The notes under the pieces were generated by a model that had not been told where the DNA came from, did not search any database, and worked only from the letters and a program-made list of their open reading frames with translations. The position numbers were made by a program, and so were the translations under genes. This document shows, piece by piece, positions 9,636-19,764 of a stretch of DNA of 64,000 bases. Position 1 is the stretch's first letter; the number at the start of each line of letters is the position of its first letter. Origin of the DNA: Bacteroidales bacterium (GTDB lineage: Bacteria; Bacteroidota; Bacteroidia; Bacteroidales; WCHB1-69); NCBI GenBank assembly GCA_017525245.1, contig JAFXTE010000025.1, positions 57,116 to 121,115 of the forward strand. The letters run 5' to 3'.

Positions 9636-10385
9636 CTACAGATCAATAATCTTCAATTCTGATTTTGCCCGGATGGAAGGAATGTGGTTGAAGTGCCACC
9701 ATTCCGATATGCAGGTGATGAAACCGCTTTCCGTCATCACACGGCGCAACAGCTTGCGGTTTTCCAGTTCTTCTTTGGTTATCAGCCCGTTGGCGACTAA
9801 TTCCGCTTCGTGGTCGATACGCGCCTCGGGACCGAAATAGTCGTGCTTCGAACCCATCGGCAGCGGCGTGCCCGTGCTGTCCATAATGGTGATATCTACC
9901 GCCGCGCCGTAGTTGTGCATTCCCCTACCCTTTGCCGGATTCGCCACAAACGAAACGTTAGGCGTACCCTTTACCGACTCCCACATCTCGCGTTGCACAC
10001 TCAACGGTCTTGCGGCATCGTAAATCAGTAACGACAAATCAGGTCGGATGGCTTTCAAACGTTGCTGTGCCTTAACAAGTTTCTGCGCCATCGCGAGAAT
10101 CGCAAACGCATGGTGGATGTCCGGATAGAGCACATGCCCGAGGAAATTGTCCGGCGTGGCATAGACAATCTCAACCCCAATGGTGGAATCCACCTCCGCA
10201 ATATCGACCAAACCGAAATCAATTAGCTGCTGCTCCATAGCCGTGTATCTAACCGCATCTTCTTGATATTTAGATACTTCAATAGTGTCAGACACGCTTT
10301 CTGGTGTTTTTACCTCAGCAGAATGACAAGCCCACAGCAAAACAGCGAGGGCGGTCAACATAAAAGAAAGAGACAACTTTTTCAT
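9636..10385 (-). CDS. M15-family D-alanyl-D-alanine dipeptidase (VanX/DdpX-like), exported
   Basis: Signal or lipoprotein N-terminus ending LLWAC. M15-like blocks are GMHNYGAAVDITI and SEWWHF. Confidence 0.7.
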   Translation of the reverse strand: MKKLSLSFMLTALAVLLWACHSAEVKTPESVSDTIEVSKYQEDAVRYTAMEQQLIDFGLVDIAEVDSTIGVEIVYATPDNFLGHVLYPDIHHAFAILAMAQKLVKAQQRLKAIRPDLSLLIYDAARPLSVQREMWESVKGTPNVSFVANPAKGRGMHNYGAAVDITIMDSTGTPLPMGSKHDYFGPEARIDHEAELVANGLITKEELENRKLLRRVMTESGFITCISEWWHFNHIPSIRAKSELKIIDL

Positions 10386-10391
10386 TATGAA

Positions 10392-11498
10392 CTATTTGCA
10401 GGGTTTCAATTCCAGAACGGTAAGCTCGCTGCGGGTGCCCAAACGCATAGGCGGACCGAACGTACCCGTTCCACAGGAAGTATAAACCTGCATTTTCCCA
10501 AATTGATACAACCCTTTGTTGAATTGGAACACGCGATTGTTTATCAAGGTGAGCGGGAAAAGCTGGCCGCCGTGCGTGTGCCCGGCCAAATAGAGGTCAA
10601 CACCTGCCTTTTCAAGGTATTGCCCGCCACAGGGATTGTGATGGAGCAGCACCACGGGCAAACTGTCGCTCGCCCGGAAAGTGTCGCAAAAGCTACTGAT
10701 GGTCACATCTCCAACCGGCGCATGCATGGAGTTGGCATCCGCATCGTCAGCCCTCATGTAATCCAAACCGACAATCTGCAATCCAAAATCCTCCACAACC
10801 TCCGTCTCAAGCACATGCACGCCCGCTTGGCGAAGCAAAGCCTTCACGGAATCGGCATTCACATACCCGTCATGGTTGCCGTCCACAAAATAGACGGGTG
10901 CATGAAGCTGTTTCAACGGCTGCAGCGTCTTTGAATTGAGGTTATAGGGACTCTCAAAGCAGTCGCCCGTGAAAAACACCACGTCCGGATTTGCGTCATT
11001 AATCAGATGCACAAGTCGTTGCACGTGCCGCTGACCTCTGAAATGGCCTAGGTGCGTGTCCGTGAGATGCACCGCACGGAGAGGTTGCCGCAATTTGGGC
11101 AGCTCCACCGTCACAGGAGTCGGTTTGGGACGAAACGCGTTAATCGTGGCTCCCGTGCAGATTCCGGCGGTGAGTACCGCCACTATCGTTCCGAACAGCC
11201 AAGCTGGAAAATGTGCGAACAGCTGCACAACATCGACCACCAAAGTCACTAAAAGCAGATACAGCAGTATTCCCAGCATCTCGCTGAAAAAGCAGAACAA
11301 TACATGTCCCGCAGGAGAATTTGTCCATGGGTAAGCGCCACCAAAAGTGAACACAAATGAGCCTGCCAGCAGCAACGAGTAAACAATATAAAACCAGATG
11401 GGGGAGCAGCCGAAGACAAAGGCCGTACGTTTGCCGAGATACCACACGGCAAGGCCGAAAATCGCCAAAACAGCGATAGGAAAAAGCAAATTTCTCAT
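10392..11498 (-). CDS. membrane-anchored metallophosphoesterase
   Basis: Four N-terminal TM segments, then calcineurin-type motifs HLTDTHLG, FTGDCF, GNHD, GHTHGGQ. Confidence 0.8.
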   Translation of the reverse strand: MRNLLFPIAVLAIFGLAVWYLGKRTAFVFGCSPIWFYIVYSLLLAGSFVFTFGGAYPWTNSPAGHVLFCFFSEMLGILLYLLLVTLVVDVVQLFAHFPAWLFGTIVAVLTAGICTGATINAFRPKPTPVTVELPKLRQPLRAVHLTDTHLGHFRGQRHVQRLVHLINDANPDVVFFTGDCFESPYNLNSKTLQPLKQLHAPVYFVDGNHDGYVNADSVKALLRQAGVHVLETEVVEDFGLQIVGLDYMRADDADANSMHAPVGDVTISSFCDTFRASDSLPVVLLHHNPCGGQYLEKAGVDLYLAGHTHGGQLFPLTLINNRVFQFNKGLYQFGKMQVYTSCGTGTFGPPMRLGTRSELTVLELKPCK

Positions 11499-11525
11499 AA
11501 CAAATGGGTATTATGGCTTGTCAAT

Positions 11526-13424
11526 TTACATTTTCCACGCCTCGCGCACCTTCCCCGCTATCGCCTCCTCGTCAAACCCGACTTCCTTGTAAAGATGCGG
11601 AATATCGCCATGGGAGATAAAACGATCAGGCAAGGCGATGTGTAGCAATCGATTAGAAAATACGTGTTTTTCCAAAAATTCCGAAATTTCGGAGAAGAGC
11701 CCGCCCTTTTCAGTGCCGTCCTCCACCGTAATCCACACGGAATAGCGGTTTGCAAATTTCTCCAACATCTCTTCGTCCATCGGTTTGAGAAACCGCACGT
11801 CATAGTGCGCCGCACGGATGCCTTCGGCTTCCAACTGCGACAACACTTTCGCTACCGCGTTGCCCAAGGGTCCGAGGGTCAGTAGGAGTACTTTTTCGCC
11901 TTCGCGCAACATCTGTCCTTTGCCGATGGGCAGAGCCTTCGGGTCATTGTGCCAATCCGTCAGCACACCGCGGCCACGAGGATAACGAATCACAAACGGA
12001 AGTCCTTGATTCTTGGCATTTTGATAGGCAGTCAGCATCAGATTGCGCAGTTCATGCTCATTGAGCGGCGAGGCAATGATGAGATCCGGGATGCAGCGCA
12101 GGAAAGCCAGATCAAAAGAGCCTTGGTGCGTGGCCCCGTCCTCGCCCACAAGTCCGGCACGGTCAATGCAGAAAACAACGGGGAGTTTCTGCAGTGCCAC
12201 GTCATGGATCACCTGGTCGTAACCGCGTTGCAGGAACGAGGAGTAGATATTGCAGAACGGGATGTAACCCTCTGTGGCCAAGCCGGCTGCAAAGGTCACG
12301 GCATGTTGTTCGGCAATGCCGACATCAAAGACACGTTCAGGATAAACCGCATCCATGATGGTAAGGGAGCAACCCGTGGCCATCGCCGGTGTGATGCCGA
12401 CAACTTTCTCGTCCTGACGGGCGAACTCCAGTATCGTGTTTCCGAAAACATCCTGATATTTAGGCGGTTGCACTTTATCTTCAGAACTAATGATTTTTCC
12501 CGTGCCAGGATCGAATTTTCCTGGGGCATGGTACTGGGTCTGGTTCTGCTCCGCCGCCTCCAACCCTTTGCCTTTCACCGTGAGGACGTGGAACAGTTTC
12601 AGTCCGGGAAGTCTCTTGAGGTCACGCAGTGTCTTCACCAGATAGACCACATCGTGACCGTCGGCGGGTCCGAAATAGCGGTAGCCGAGACTTTGGAACC
12701 AGTTGCTGCCGCCAAACAGCCATCCTTTGACGGAATTACCCATTTTGCTGAAAAAATTGGTGACTTTGTTGGGATGGTTGGTGCGGAATGTGAAGAAATT
12801 CCAAAGGCGGCTCTTGAAGCGGTTGTAGGCGGGCGACGTGGTAATGGAGAGCAGGTATTTGCTCATCGCACCGGTACTCTTGTCGATGGAAATCTTGTTG
12901 TCATTCAGTATCACCAGCATGTTGACATCGCGGTAGGGTGCCTGATTCATGGCTTCGAATGCCATGCCTCCACCAATAGCCCCGTCACCGATGACGGCAA
13001 TGTGGTTGCGCTTCATGTTGCCTTCCATTTTGGCGGCCACAGCCATTCCCAAAACGGCGGAAACGGATGTGGAGGAGTGCCCTGTGCCGAAAGCGTCGTA
13101 TTCGCTCTCTTCACGGCGCGGGAATCCGCTGATTCCCTGATAACTGCGGTTCGTGCGAAATTGTTCCTTGCGACCGGTCAGTATTTTATGGCAATAGGCC
13201 TGGTGTCCGACATCCCAAATCAGCTTATCGTTCGGAGTGTCAAAGACATAGTGAATGGCCACCGTCAGTTCCACGACACCCAAACTGGAACCGAGATGTC
13301 CTGGATGCTGAGCTGTCTGCTCAATAATGAATTGGCGAAGTTCATCACATAACTTCGGCAAGTCGTTGACAGGCAGTTTGCGCAGGTCTTCAACAGTGTG
13401 TATTTGTGATAACAGGCTGCTCAT
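11526..13424 (-). CDS. dxs: 1-deoxy-D-xylulose-5-phosphate synthase
   Basis: PGHLGSSLGVVELTVAIHYVFDTPNDKLIWDVGHQAY, and TPP motif IGDGAIGGGMAFEAMN. ATGA overlap with the upstream glycosyltransferase gene. Confidence 0.95.
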   Translation of the reverse strand: MSSLLSQIHTVEDLRKLPVNDLPKLCDELRQFIIEQTAQHPGHLGSSLGVVELTVAIHYVFDTPNDKLIWDVGHQAYCHKILTGRKEQFRTNRSYQGISGFPRREESEYDAFGTGHSSTSVSAVLGMAVAAKMEGNMKRNHIAVIGDGAIGGGMAFEAMNQAPYRDVNMLVILNDNKISIDKSTGAMSKYLLSITTSPAYNRFKSRLWNFFTFRTNHPNKVTNFFSKMGNSVKGWLFGGSNWFQSLGYRYFGPADGHDVVYLVKTLRDLKRLPGLKLFHVLTVKGKGLEAAEQNQTQYHAPGKFDPGTGKIISSEDKVQPPKYQDVFGNTILEFARQDEKVVGITPAMATGCSLTIMDAVYPERVFDVGIAEQHAVTFAAGLATEGYIPFCNIYSSFLQRGYDQVIHDVALQKLPVVFCIDRAGLVGEDGATHQGSFDLAFLRCIPDLIIASPLNEHELRNLMLTAYQNAKNQGLPFVIRYPRGRGVLTDWHNDPKALPIGKGQMLREGEKVLLLTLGPLGNAVAKVLSQLEAEGIRAAHYDVRFLKPMDEEMLEKFANRYSVWITVEDGTEKGGLFSEISEFLEKHVFSNRLLHIALPDRFISHGDIPHLYKEVGFDEEAIAGKVREAWKM

Positions 13425-14635
13425 CGCAAATTCAATATATTTTGATAAAAATCCTCTAATTGTTTGGATATGACAGTGTTATTGTGATGCACTGAAATAT
13501 AGTGCTGAGCATTTTCACTAATAATGCTGCACAAATCCGGCATGGCCACGCATTTATTGATAACAGACACAAATTCTTCCGGTGTATTGGCGATAAACAA
13601 ATGCTTACCGTCTTGAACGTCAAGGCCTTCTGCGCCAATAGAGGTGGTGATGACCACTCGACCGAGAGCCATCGCTTCCACAATTTTGATGCGGATGCCG
13701 CTACCGGAAAGCAACGGAACCACCATAATGTCGTAGTCCATCATGAACTCGTTGGCGTTCGGCACCGCCCCAATTACCGTTACATTTTTGTCATGACGAT
13801 TGTGTATGTTCTCAGGGATGTCGTGACCGGCAAGGGTGAACGTCAAATCGGGATGGGAGGAGAGAATCTCCGGCCACACCTCATCCAAGAACCACTCGAT
13901 GCCCTCAATATTCGGGGACCAGTTCATGCTACCGAGATGAAACAGGGTCGGATGGTCGGTAGCGATGTAATCGTCATCCTCCATGTCATAGTTGTCCACA
14001 TCAATGCCGAACGGGATGACCACCCCTGGCACGTCAGGGGCCGTTTCATGAAAATAGTGGTAATCAGGTTCGGAAATGGCCATATAGCCATCCACCTCGT
14101 ACAAAATTCTGCGTTCCACCCGCTTCAACTGATGGGCATTGATACGATATGCCAGTTTCATAATCGGATTACGCTCATTTTCAGACAGTCTCTCCCAAAT
14201 CTGGTGTTCTATATTGTGCAGTCGCAACAAGATTTTCGCCTTCGAGTTTTTTCTGAGCAGCGGAATATAGGGAGCCATGTATATCGATTCGATATGAATG
14301 ATGTCAAAATCCTCTTTCTTGAGGATTTCCACCAATTTCGAAGCCATGTTTTTGTGATAGAAGCGTCCTATCTGATAAGATTTTCCAGTAAAAAGTGTCT
14401 TTAGGGCTTCGATTTTATGCGGAGTGGTGTCGATAAACACAGTTTCAAAGCGTGTTTTTGCCAAATAGTCTTTGGAATAAGCCGATACCACATACGGATG
14501 TTTAGGCGTGGCCACAGCGACCACCTTCACTTCCATACCACTGTCTAACAGACATTTGGTAATATTGTGAATGGCGATACACCCCCCGTCTATAGTGGGC
14601 AAAGGCGTTTTATGGCAAAGTTGTAGTATTTTCAT
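13421..14635 (-). CDS. glycosyltransferase family 4 (GT-B fold)
   Basis: N-terminal IDGGCIAIHN block and C-terminal PLLSGSGIRIKIVEAMALGRVVITT (EX7E-like region). Confidence 0.75.
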   Translation of the reverse strand: MKILQLCHKTPLPTIDGGCIAIHNITKCLLDSGMEVKVVAVATPKHPYVVSAYSKDYLAKTRFETVFIDTTPHKIEALKTLFTGKSYQIGRFYHKNMASKLVEILKKEDFDIIHIESIYMAPYIPLLRKNSKAKILLRLHNIEHQIWERLSENERNPIMKLAYRINAHQLKRVERRILYEVDGYMAISEPDYHYFHETAPDVPGVVIPFGIDVDNYDMEDDDYIATDHPTLFHLGSMNWSPNIEGIEWFLDEVWPEILSSHPDLTFTLAGHDIPENIHNRHDKNVTVIGAVPNANEFMMDYDIMVVPLLSGSGIRIKIVEAMALGRVVITTSIGAEGLDVQDGKHLFIANTPEEFVSVINKCVAMPDLCSIISENAQHYISVHHNNTVISKQLEDFYQNILNLR

Positions 14636-16079
14636 GTCTTTTTTTAGAAAATAGTTTTATATATTTGATTTTTTCCATCCATTTGGCGTAAGTGTCCGGT
14701 GAGAGAACGGCGGTATCCATGGTGGCGTGATAAGTCAGAAAGACGCAAAGAGGCAGCAAAATAAACGAGGACATCCATGTTCCGAACCACACTGGCATCG
14801 TGCTGCCATTGGCGATTTTCTCCCCTATCACAGACAAGGCGAAATAGATCACAAAGAATATGACGGTCAGGACCAAAGGAATGGCGATACCACCTTTTCG
14901 AATTATGGAACCCAGAGGCGCGCCGATGAAGAAAAAGAGCAGGCAGGCCACTGCCAAGCGATACTTCCGTTGTAACTCAATTTGATATGTCCACATATAT
15001 TTTGTCTTATATGTGGCTTCCGTGTAATTGAACTGCATGGAATAGATAAACGAACGGGAAGAATTTTCGGCACTGTTCAGCACACGTTCGCGAACTCCGG
15101 GAGACAAAGCCGCCACATCGTTGGTTTGAGCTATTTTTTGTTCGCTAAATTTTTCATTGTTACGCACATACGTGTTGAAATAATACAGATTGTTGAAAAA
15201 GACATTTGCCGTATTGTCTTCAATCCTTTGTATCTGATTCTTCATCGTGTCAATCTGTTCCTTCAACCGCTTGTTTGTCAAAGAGGAAGAATGTCCCTCA
15301 AACAATTCCTCATTGGTTTGGTTCAGGGAAAAATCCGACATGTCGAAACGTTTGTACTGTTTGTCGAAAGTGGCACGCATCAAAGGCAGCTGGGAGCGTT
15401 TGCCGCGATTCACACCCAAGGTTGAGGTCTCGTCCCAGAAGGAGCCATTTTTCAAAGTGAAAAGCAGATAGTGCTTGTCGGGAGTCACGCTCATCGTGCC
15501 CGATGCGGCGTAGGTGACCGAAGTGTTGCCCTGACGACGGGAATGGTCGTAAATCAAAATGTCCTTAATGGTTTCCCCGTCCGGCATTTTCTTCCCCACC
15601 AAAATCGAATAGTTGTCAAAACCATCATAAAAGACACCTTCCTCAATATTCAATGCAGGTTTCTGTTCTTGAATATCATATAGTAACATCCTGAGTTTCA
15701 GCGTAGCACGAGGAATCACCTGATCGGAAACCAAAAAAGAGATAATTGTGATGAAAACGGTCAGTATGGCCAACGGAGTCATCATCCGGCGGGTGGAGAT
15801 GCCTGCGGATTTCAGTGCCACAATTTCGTAGCGTTCGCCCATGTTTCCGAAAGTCATCAATGATGCCAGCATCACCGCCAACGGGAAAGCCATGGACGAC
15901 AGCGAAACGGCTGCCAAGAACAGCAGTTTCAGCATGACAGTCACTTCCAGACCCTTGCCCACAAGTTCATCCACCCATTTCCAGACAAACTGCATGAGCA
16001 GTACAAACAACGCCACGAAGAAGGTCAGGAAAAAGGGACCGAGAAAGTTCTTGCAGAGGTATTTGTTGACAATTTTCAC
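14610..16079 (-). CDS. LptF/LptG (YjgP/YjgQ) family permease
   Basis: N-terminal KYLCKNFLGPFF pattern, 6 TM segments, and a large periplasmic insert. The only start that preserves the N-terminus is GTG at 16079. Confidence 0.75.
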   Translation of the reverse strand: MKIVNKYLCKNFLGPFFLTFFVALFVLLMQFVWKWVDELVGKGLEVTVMLKLLFLAAVSLSSMAFPLAVMLASLMTFGNMGERYEIVALKSAGISTRRMMTPLAILTVFITIISFLVSDQVIPRATLKLRMLLYDIQEQKPALNIEEGVFYDGFDNYSILVGKKMPDGETIKDILIYDHSRRQGNTSVTYAASGTMSVTPDKHYLLFTLKNGSFWDETSTLGVNRGKRSQLPLMRATFDKQYKRFDMSDFSLNQTNEELFEGHSSSLTNKRLKEQIDTMKNQIQRIEDNTANVFFNNLYYFNTYVRNNEKFSEQKIAQTNDVAALSPGVRERVLNSAENSSRSFIYSMQFNYTEATYKTKYMWTYQIELQRKYRLAVACLLFFFIGAPLGSIIRKGGIAIPLVLTVIFFVIYFALSVIGEKIANGSTMPVWFGTWMSSFILLPLCVFLTYHATMDTAVLSPDTYAKWMEKIKYIKLFSKKRHENTTTLP

Positions 16080-16090
16080 GAGAGAAGATA

Positions 16091-16933
16091 TTAGTAATCT
16101 CCCAACGTTTCCGGGAGTTGGGCCAATGCAGCAGCAGCCTGTTCGTCATTGGGAGGCGTGCCGTGCCACTTATGCGTACCCATCATGAAATCCACGCCCT
16201 GCCCCATCTCGGTTTTCATCAGGATGGCTATGGGCTTTTGGTTGCCGGCGAGCATTTTCGCCAATTTCAGCGTCTGGACACAGCTTTTCATATCATTGCC
16301 GTTCATCTCCAGCACCATCCATTGGAAAGCTTGCAGTTTGGCGCGAAGATTGCCAAGGCTCATCACTGAATCCGTGCTGCCGTCAATCTGTTTTTTGTTA
16401 TAGTCAACAGTAACGATCAGATTGTCAACATGCTTTGAACCGGCAAACATCAAAGCCTCCCAATTCTGGCCTTCTTCCAATTCGCCATCGCCAGTAAGCA
16501 CATACACCAAATGCTTGTCCTGGTTGGCTTTTTTGGCCAAGGCTGCCCCGATAGACACTGAAAGCCCTTGTCCTAAGGAGCCGGAAGCCACGCGGATGCC
16601 CGGAAGCCCTTCCACAGGTGTGGGATGACCTTGCAGACGGGTGCCTAACTTACGAAACGTTGCCAACTCCGAAACAGGAAAATAACCGCGGCGTGCCATA
16701 ACACTGTACAACACCGGACTGATGTGACCATTGGAAAGGAAAAACATGTCCTCGCCGTTTCCTTCGCGAGTGAAATGTTCAGGGTCAATTTCCATCACGT
16801 CAAAGTAAAGTGCGGTTAAAAAATCGGCACAACCCAAAGAGCCGCCCGGATGCCCTGACTTGGCACCGTGAACCATACGGATGATATCTCTGCGAACTTG
16901 TGCTGCAATGTCTTGTAATTTATTGATTTCCAT
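16091..16933 (-). CDS. transketolase, N-terminal (TPP-binding) subunit
   Basis: HPGGSLG, GHISPVLY, GSLGQGLSVSIG, LTGDGELEEGQNWEA. The length (280 aa) equals only the N-terminal half of a transketolase. Confidence 0.85.
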   Translation of the reverse strand: MEINKLQDIAAQVRRDIIRMVHGAKSGHPGGSLGCADFLTALYFDVMEIDPEHFTREGNGEDMFFLSNGHISPVLYSVMARRGYFPVSELATFRKLGTRLQGHPTPVEGLPGIRVASGSLGQGLSVSIGAALAKKANQDKHLVYVLTGDGELEEGQNWEALMFAGSKHVDNLIVTVDYNKKQIDGSTDSVMSLGNLRAKLQAFQWMVLEMNGNDMKSCVQTLKLAKMLAGNQKPIAILMKTEMGQGVDFMMGTHKWHGTPPNDEQAAAALAQLPETLGDY

Positions 16934-16994
16934 AATGATATATTGTTACCTAATTATTTTTCCTTTTTCCGTATCTTTTTTGTTTAAGATGCGG

Positions 16995-17002
16995 CAAAGG
17001 TA
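16995..17002 (-). promoter_or_regulatory. -7 box TAccTTTG upstream of the transketolase-N operon
   Basis: The reverse complement of caaaggta lies 62 nt upstream of ATG 16933. Confidence 0.35.
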
Positions 17003-17081
17003 CATATTTTTCAAAAACGCACACACTTAAATAATAGCACGGAACCCTAATATTTTCTTTTCAGATGTTCCAACGATCCGA

Positions 17082-18068
17082 TTATTCAATACCCTTCAAG
17101 AACATAGACATGATTTTCGGCATCGGATAGTTTTCAACTTCATTGAAATTGACTAACCGCTGGTTTTCCGTTAATTTCGGCAATTTTTTCACATTTTTCA
17201 CATAAAAAGCAGCATGGATGATTTGATGGCTCAGAGTTTCACGAGTGGAATAAACAGGTTTTCCGATTGAAACTTCCGAATCGCTTTCCGTTAGCGGAAA
17301 CTGGTACATGTTTTTCCAAATGTCCGAGCCCTCCCGCTTCTCTATAATAGTCTGATTATTAAAAAGATAAACAGTATAATGAAAATAACGGTGCTTGAGT
17401 TCGTTTTTTTTCTTCTTGACTGGAAGAATATCCGCCAAATTGTTTTGGTAAGCGTAACAACTTGATTGAAATGGGCATTCGTCACATTTTGGATTGCGAG
17501 GCACACATTGCTGCGCTCCAAAGTCCATGGCCGCCTGATTGAAGACTCCCGGACGCTTGGAATCAATATGCGTCTCGCAGACTTCCGTAATACGCTTTAC
17601 CACAGCTGGTTGCGTTACGTCATCGCACACTCCGAAAATCCGGCTGATGATACGGATCACATTGCCGTCAACGGCAGGATAAGGCAGTTGGAACGCAATG
17701 GAGCCGATAGCCGCAGCCGTGTATTTCCCTATTCCCCTGAGTTCTAAGATTTTATCGTATTCTTGAGGAAATTTCCCATTATGCTTCGTCATGATTTCGC
17801 GGGCGGCGGCATGCATGTTGCGGGCACGGGAATAGTAGCCGAGCCCCTGCCACACCTTAAGAACCCTCTCCTCATCGGCTTCCGCCAAATCCTTGACATT
17901 CGGGAAGTTGTCAATAAAACGGAGATAGTAATCCCAACCCTGCTGCACACGGGTCTGCTGCAGAATGATTTCGGATACCCAGATTTTGTAGGGGTCAGTT
18001 TCGCCGCGCCATGGCAGGTCGCGCTTATGCTCCTCATACCAGGCAATCAGCGTTTCGGCGAAGGCCAT
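17082..18068 (-). CDS. mutY: A/G-specific adenine DNA glycosylase
   Basis: HhH-GPD blocks LQQTRV and GLGYYSRARN, Fe-S cysteines CVPRNPKCDECPFQSSC, and a C-terminal NUDIX-like domain. Confidence 0.9.
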   Translation of the reverse strand: MAFAETLIAWYEEHKRDLPWRGETDPYKIWVSEIILQQTRVQQGWDYYLRFIDNFPNVKDLAEADEERVLKVWQGLGYYSRARNMHAAAREIMTKHNGKFPQEYDKILELRGIGKYTAAAIGSIAFQLPYPAVDGNVIRIISRIFGVCDDVTQPAVVKRITEVCETHIDSKRPGVFNQAAMDFGAQQCVPRNPKCDECPFQSSCYAYQNNLADILPVKKKKNELKHRYFHYTVYLFNNQTIIEKREGSDIWKNMYQFPLTESDSEVSIGKPVYSTRETLSHQIIHAAFYVKNVKKLPKLTENQRLVNFNEVENYPMPKIMSMFLKGIE

Positions 18069-18070
18069 GG

Positions 18071-19060
18071 TTAGTTGTTTTGGATCAATTGGAAGAGCTG
18101 GTCCAAATTCGGAGTGAGGATGATTTCCGTGCGACGGTTTTTGGCACGCGCTTCTGGCGTATTGTTCTCATCCAAAGGCAGGAACTCGCTGCGTCCGGAG
18201 GCAGACAGACGTGTGGGTGCGATATTTCCGTTTTCCAACAAGGCTTTCACCACAGCAGTGGCACGCATCACACTCAAGTCCCAGTTATCCTTGATTTGGC
18301 CGCTGCCGCGATAAGGGACATTGTCGGTGTGACCCTCAATCAGAACGGAAATTTCGGTTTCGTTCTCCAATACTTTGGCCAACTGTTTGATGGCATTGCG
18401 ACCCTGCTCGTTGATAGTCCAGCTACCGGAGGCGAACAGCAGCTTGTCATCCATGGAGACATACACTTTACCGTCTTTTTCATGCACGTTCAAGCCACTG
18501 CCTTCGAAACCTTTCAGCGCGGTGCTCACTTTTTCCTTCAATGCTTTCACCTCAGCGTCCTTTTGTGCTAAAATGCTTTGCATCTCGTTGATACGCTGTT
18601 CTTTAATAGTCAATTCGGCACGCGCTTTCGCGAGTGAGTCTTGCTGCATGGCGAGCATTTTCTCCTTCACGTTCAACTCGTCTTTATATTTGTCAAGATT
18701 GCCGAGCAGATTGTTGATGGTGCTTTGGTTGGTGTTGGAAACATCCGTGAAATTTTGCAATAGTTCGTCATAGTCATTTTTTGCCTTCTCGTATTCCCTT
18801 TTGGCGCCATTTGCCTGCAGAAAGAGACGCAGCGTGTCTTTACGAAGTTGCTCAATATCGGCGGTCAGTCCGTTTAGTTGTGCGGTCAGGCTTTTCTTTG
18901 CTTCCTGACAATTTTGGTTCTCTGAGGTCATGAACGTGAGCTCATCATTGCAGCGGTCATATTTTTGTTTCAGCTCGTTATATTTCTGTTTTGTGACACA
19001 ACTTGCAAGGATGACGGCCAATGACAGAAAAAAGACCGTTGTTTTGAATGTTCTTTTCAT
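18071..19060 (-). CDS. OmpA/MotB-domain lipoprotein with long coiled coil
   Basis: Lipoprotein signal LAVILASC from ATG 19060. The C-terminal OmpA-like block is IEGHTDNVPY...NRRTEIIL. Confidence 0.8.
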   Translation of the reverse strand: MKRTFKTTVFFLSLAVILASCVTKQKYNELKQKYDRCNDELTFMTSENQNCQEAKKSLTAQLNGLTADIEQLRKDTLRLFLQANGAKREYEKAKNDYDELLQNFTDVSNTNQSTINNLLGNLDKYKDELNVKEKMLAMQQDSLAKARAELTIKEQRINEMQSILAQKDAEVKALKEKVSTALKGFEGSGLNVHEKDGKVYVSMDDKLLFASGSWTINEQGRNAIKQLAKVLENETEISVLIEGHTDNVPYRGSGQIKDNWDLSVMRATAVVKALLENGNIAPTRLSASGRSEFLPLDENNTPEARAKNRRTEIILTPNLDQLFQLIQNN

Positions 19061-19088
19061 ATTTTGGAAAATTATTTGCAATAAATGG

Positions 19089-19096
19089 CAAAAATA
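19089..19096 (-). promoter_or_regulatory. -7 box TAttTTTG for the OmpA-family gene
   Basis: The reverse complement of caaaaata lies 29 nt upstream of ATG 19060. Confidence 0.4.
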
Positions 19097-19161
19097 GCAC
19101 AAAAAAGAATTGTATTATAATGATTTAAAGAAAAATATAAACAATGGATTTTGAATAAACG

Positions 19162-19764
19162 TCAAATCGGAGTCACTTCCGTCATAGGAATTTTGCGCAG
19201 AGCCTCGGCAATGCGGTCTGCATCGCGCTGGCGTACGGAAATCGTATAAACACACTGCATATAGCTCTGTCTGTCAAGAATTTGAATTTCAGGATTCTTC
19301 AAAATCTGCATAATATCATTCATTTTGGTATATTCGAAAGTCACGCGGTAGATTTCCTGAATGGTTCGCTCCTCTATGACGGCAGCATCCAGCGCTTCGC
19401 GGGCGGCCACCTTGTAGGCATTCTGCAACCCACTGACACCCAGCTTAATACCGCCAAAATAACGGACCACAATCACCAAGGTGTTTGTCACATCTTTGGA
19501 AAGCAACTGGCCGTAGATGGGGCGTCCAGCCGTACCGGAAGGCTCCCCGTTGTCGTTCAAACGGTAAGCATCCTTGTGCGGACCGAGAATGTAGGCATAG
19601 CAGTAGTGTCGCGCATCCCAGTGCTTCTTCTGGATTTCGGCAAGACGCTGCTTCACTTCCTGTTCGTTCTGCACGGGAAATGCGTAGGCCAAAAACTTGC
19701 TGCGTTTCTCACTGTAGCTGCCTTCAGCCGGCTTCGCGATAGTCTTATAGCTGTCTTCGAACAT
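19162..19764 (-). CDS. yigZ: YigZ/IMPACT-family (UPF0029) protein
   Basis: RSKFLAYAFPV, DNGEPSGTAGRPI, VVRYFGGIKLG. Confidence 0.8.
   Translation of the reverse strand: MFEDSYKTIAKPAEGSYSEKRSKFLAYAFPVQNEQEVKQRLAEIQKKHWDARHYCYAYILGPHKDAYRLNDNGEPSGTAGRPIYGQLLSKDVTNTLVIVVRYFGGIKLGVSGLQNAYKVAAREALDAAVIEERTIQEIYRVTFEYTKMNDIMQILKNPEIQILDRQSYMQCVYTISVRQRDADRIAEALRKIPMTEVTPI

Noticed and set aside
11949-13352. A 467-aa plus-strand ORF.
   Set aside because: It lies entirely antisense to dxs, which has unmistakable family motifs. Its translation is low-complexity and H/R/G/V-rich with no recognisable motif, which is typical of a shadow ORF.
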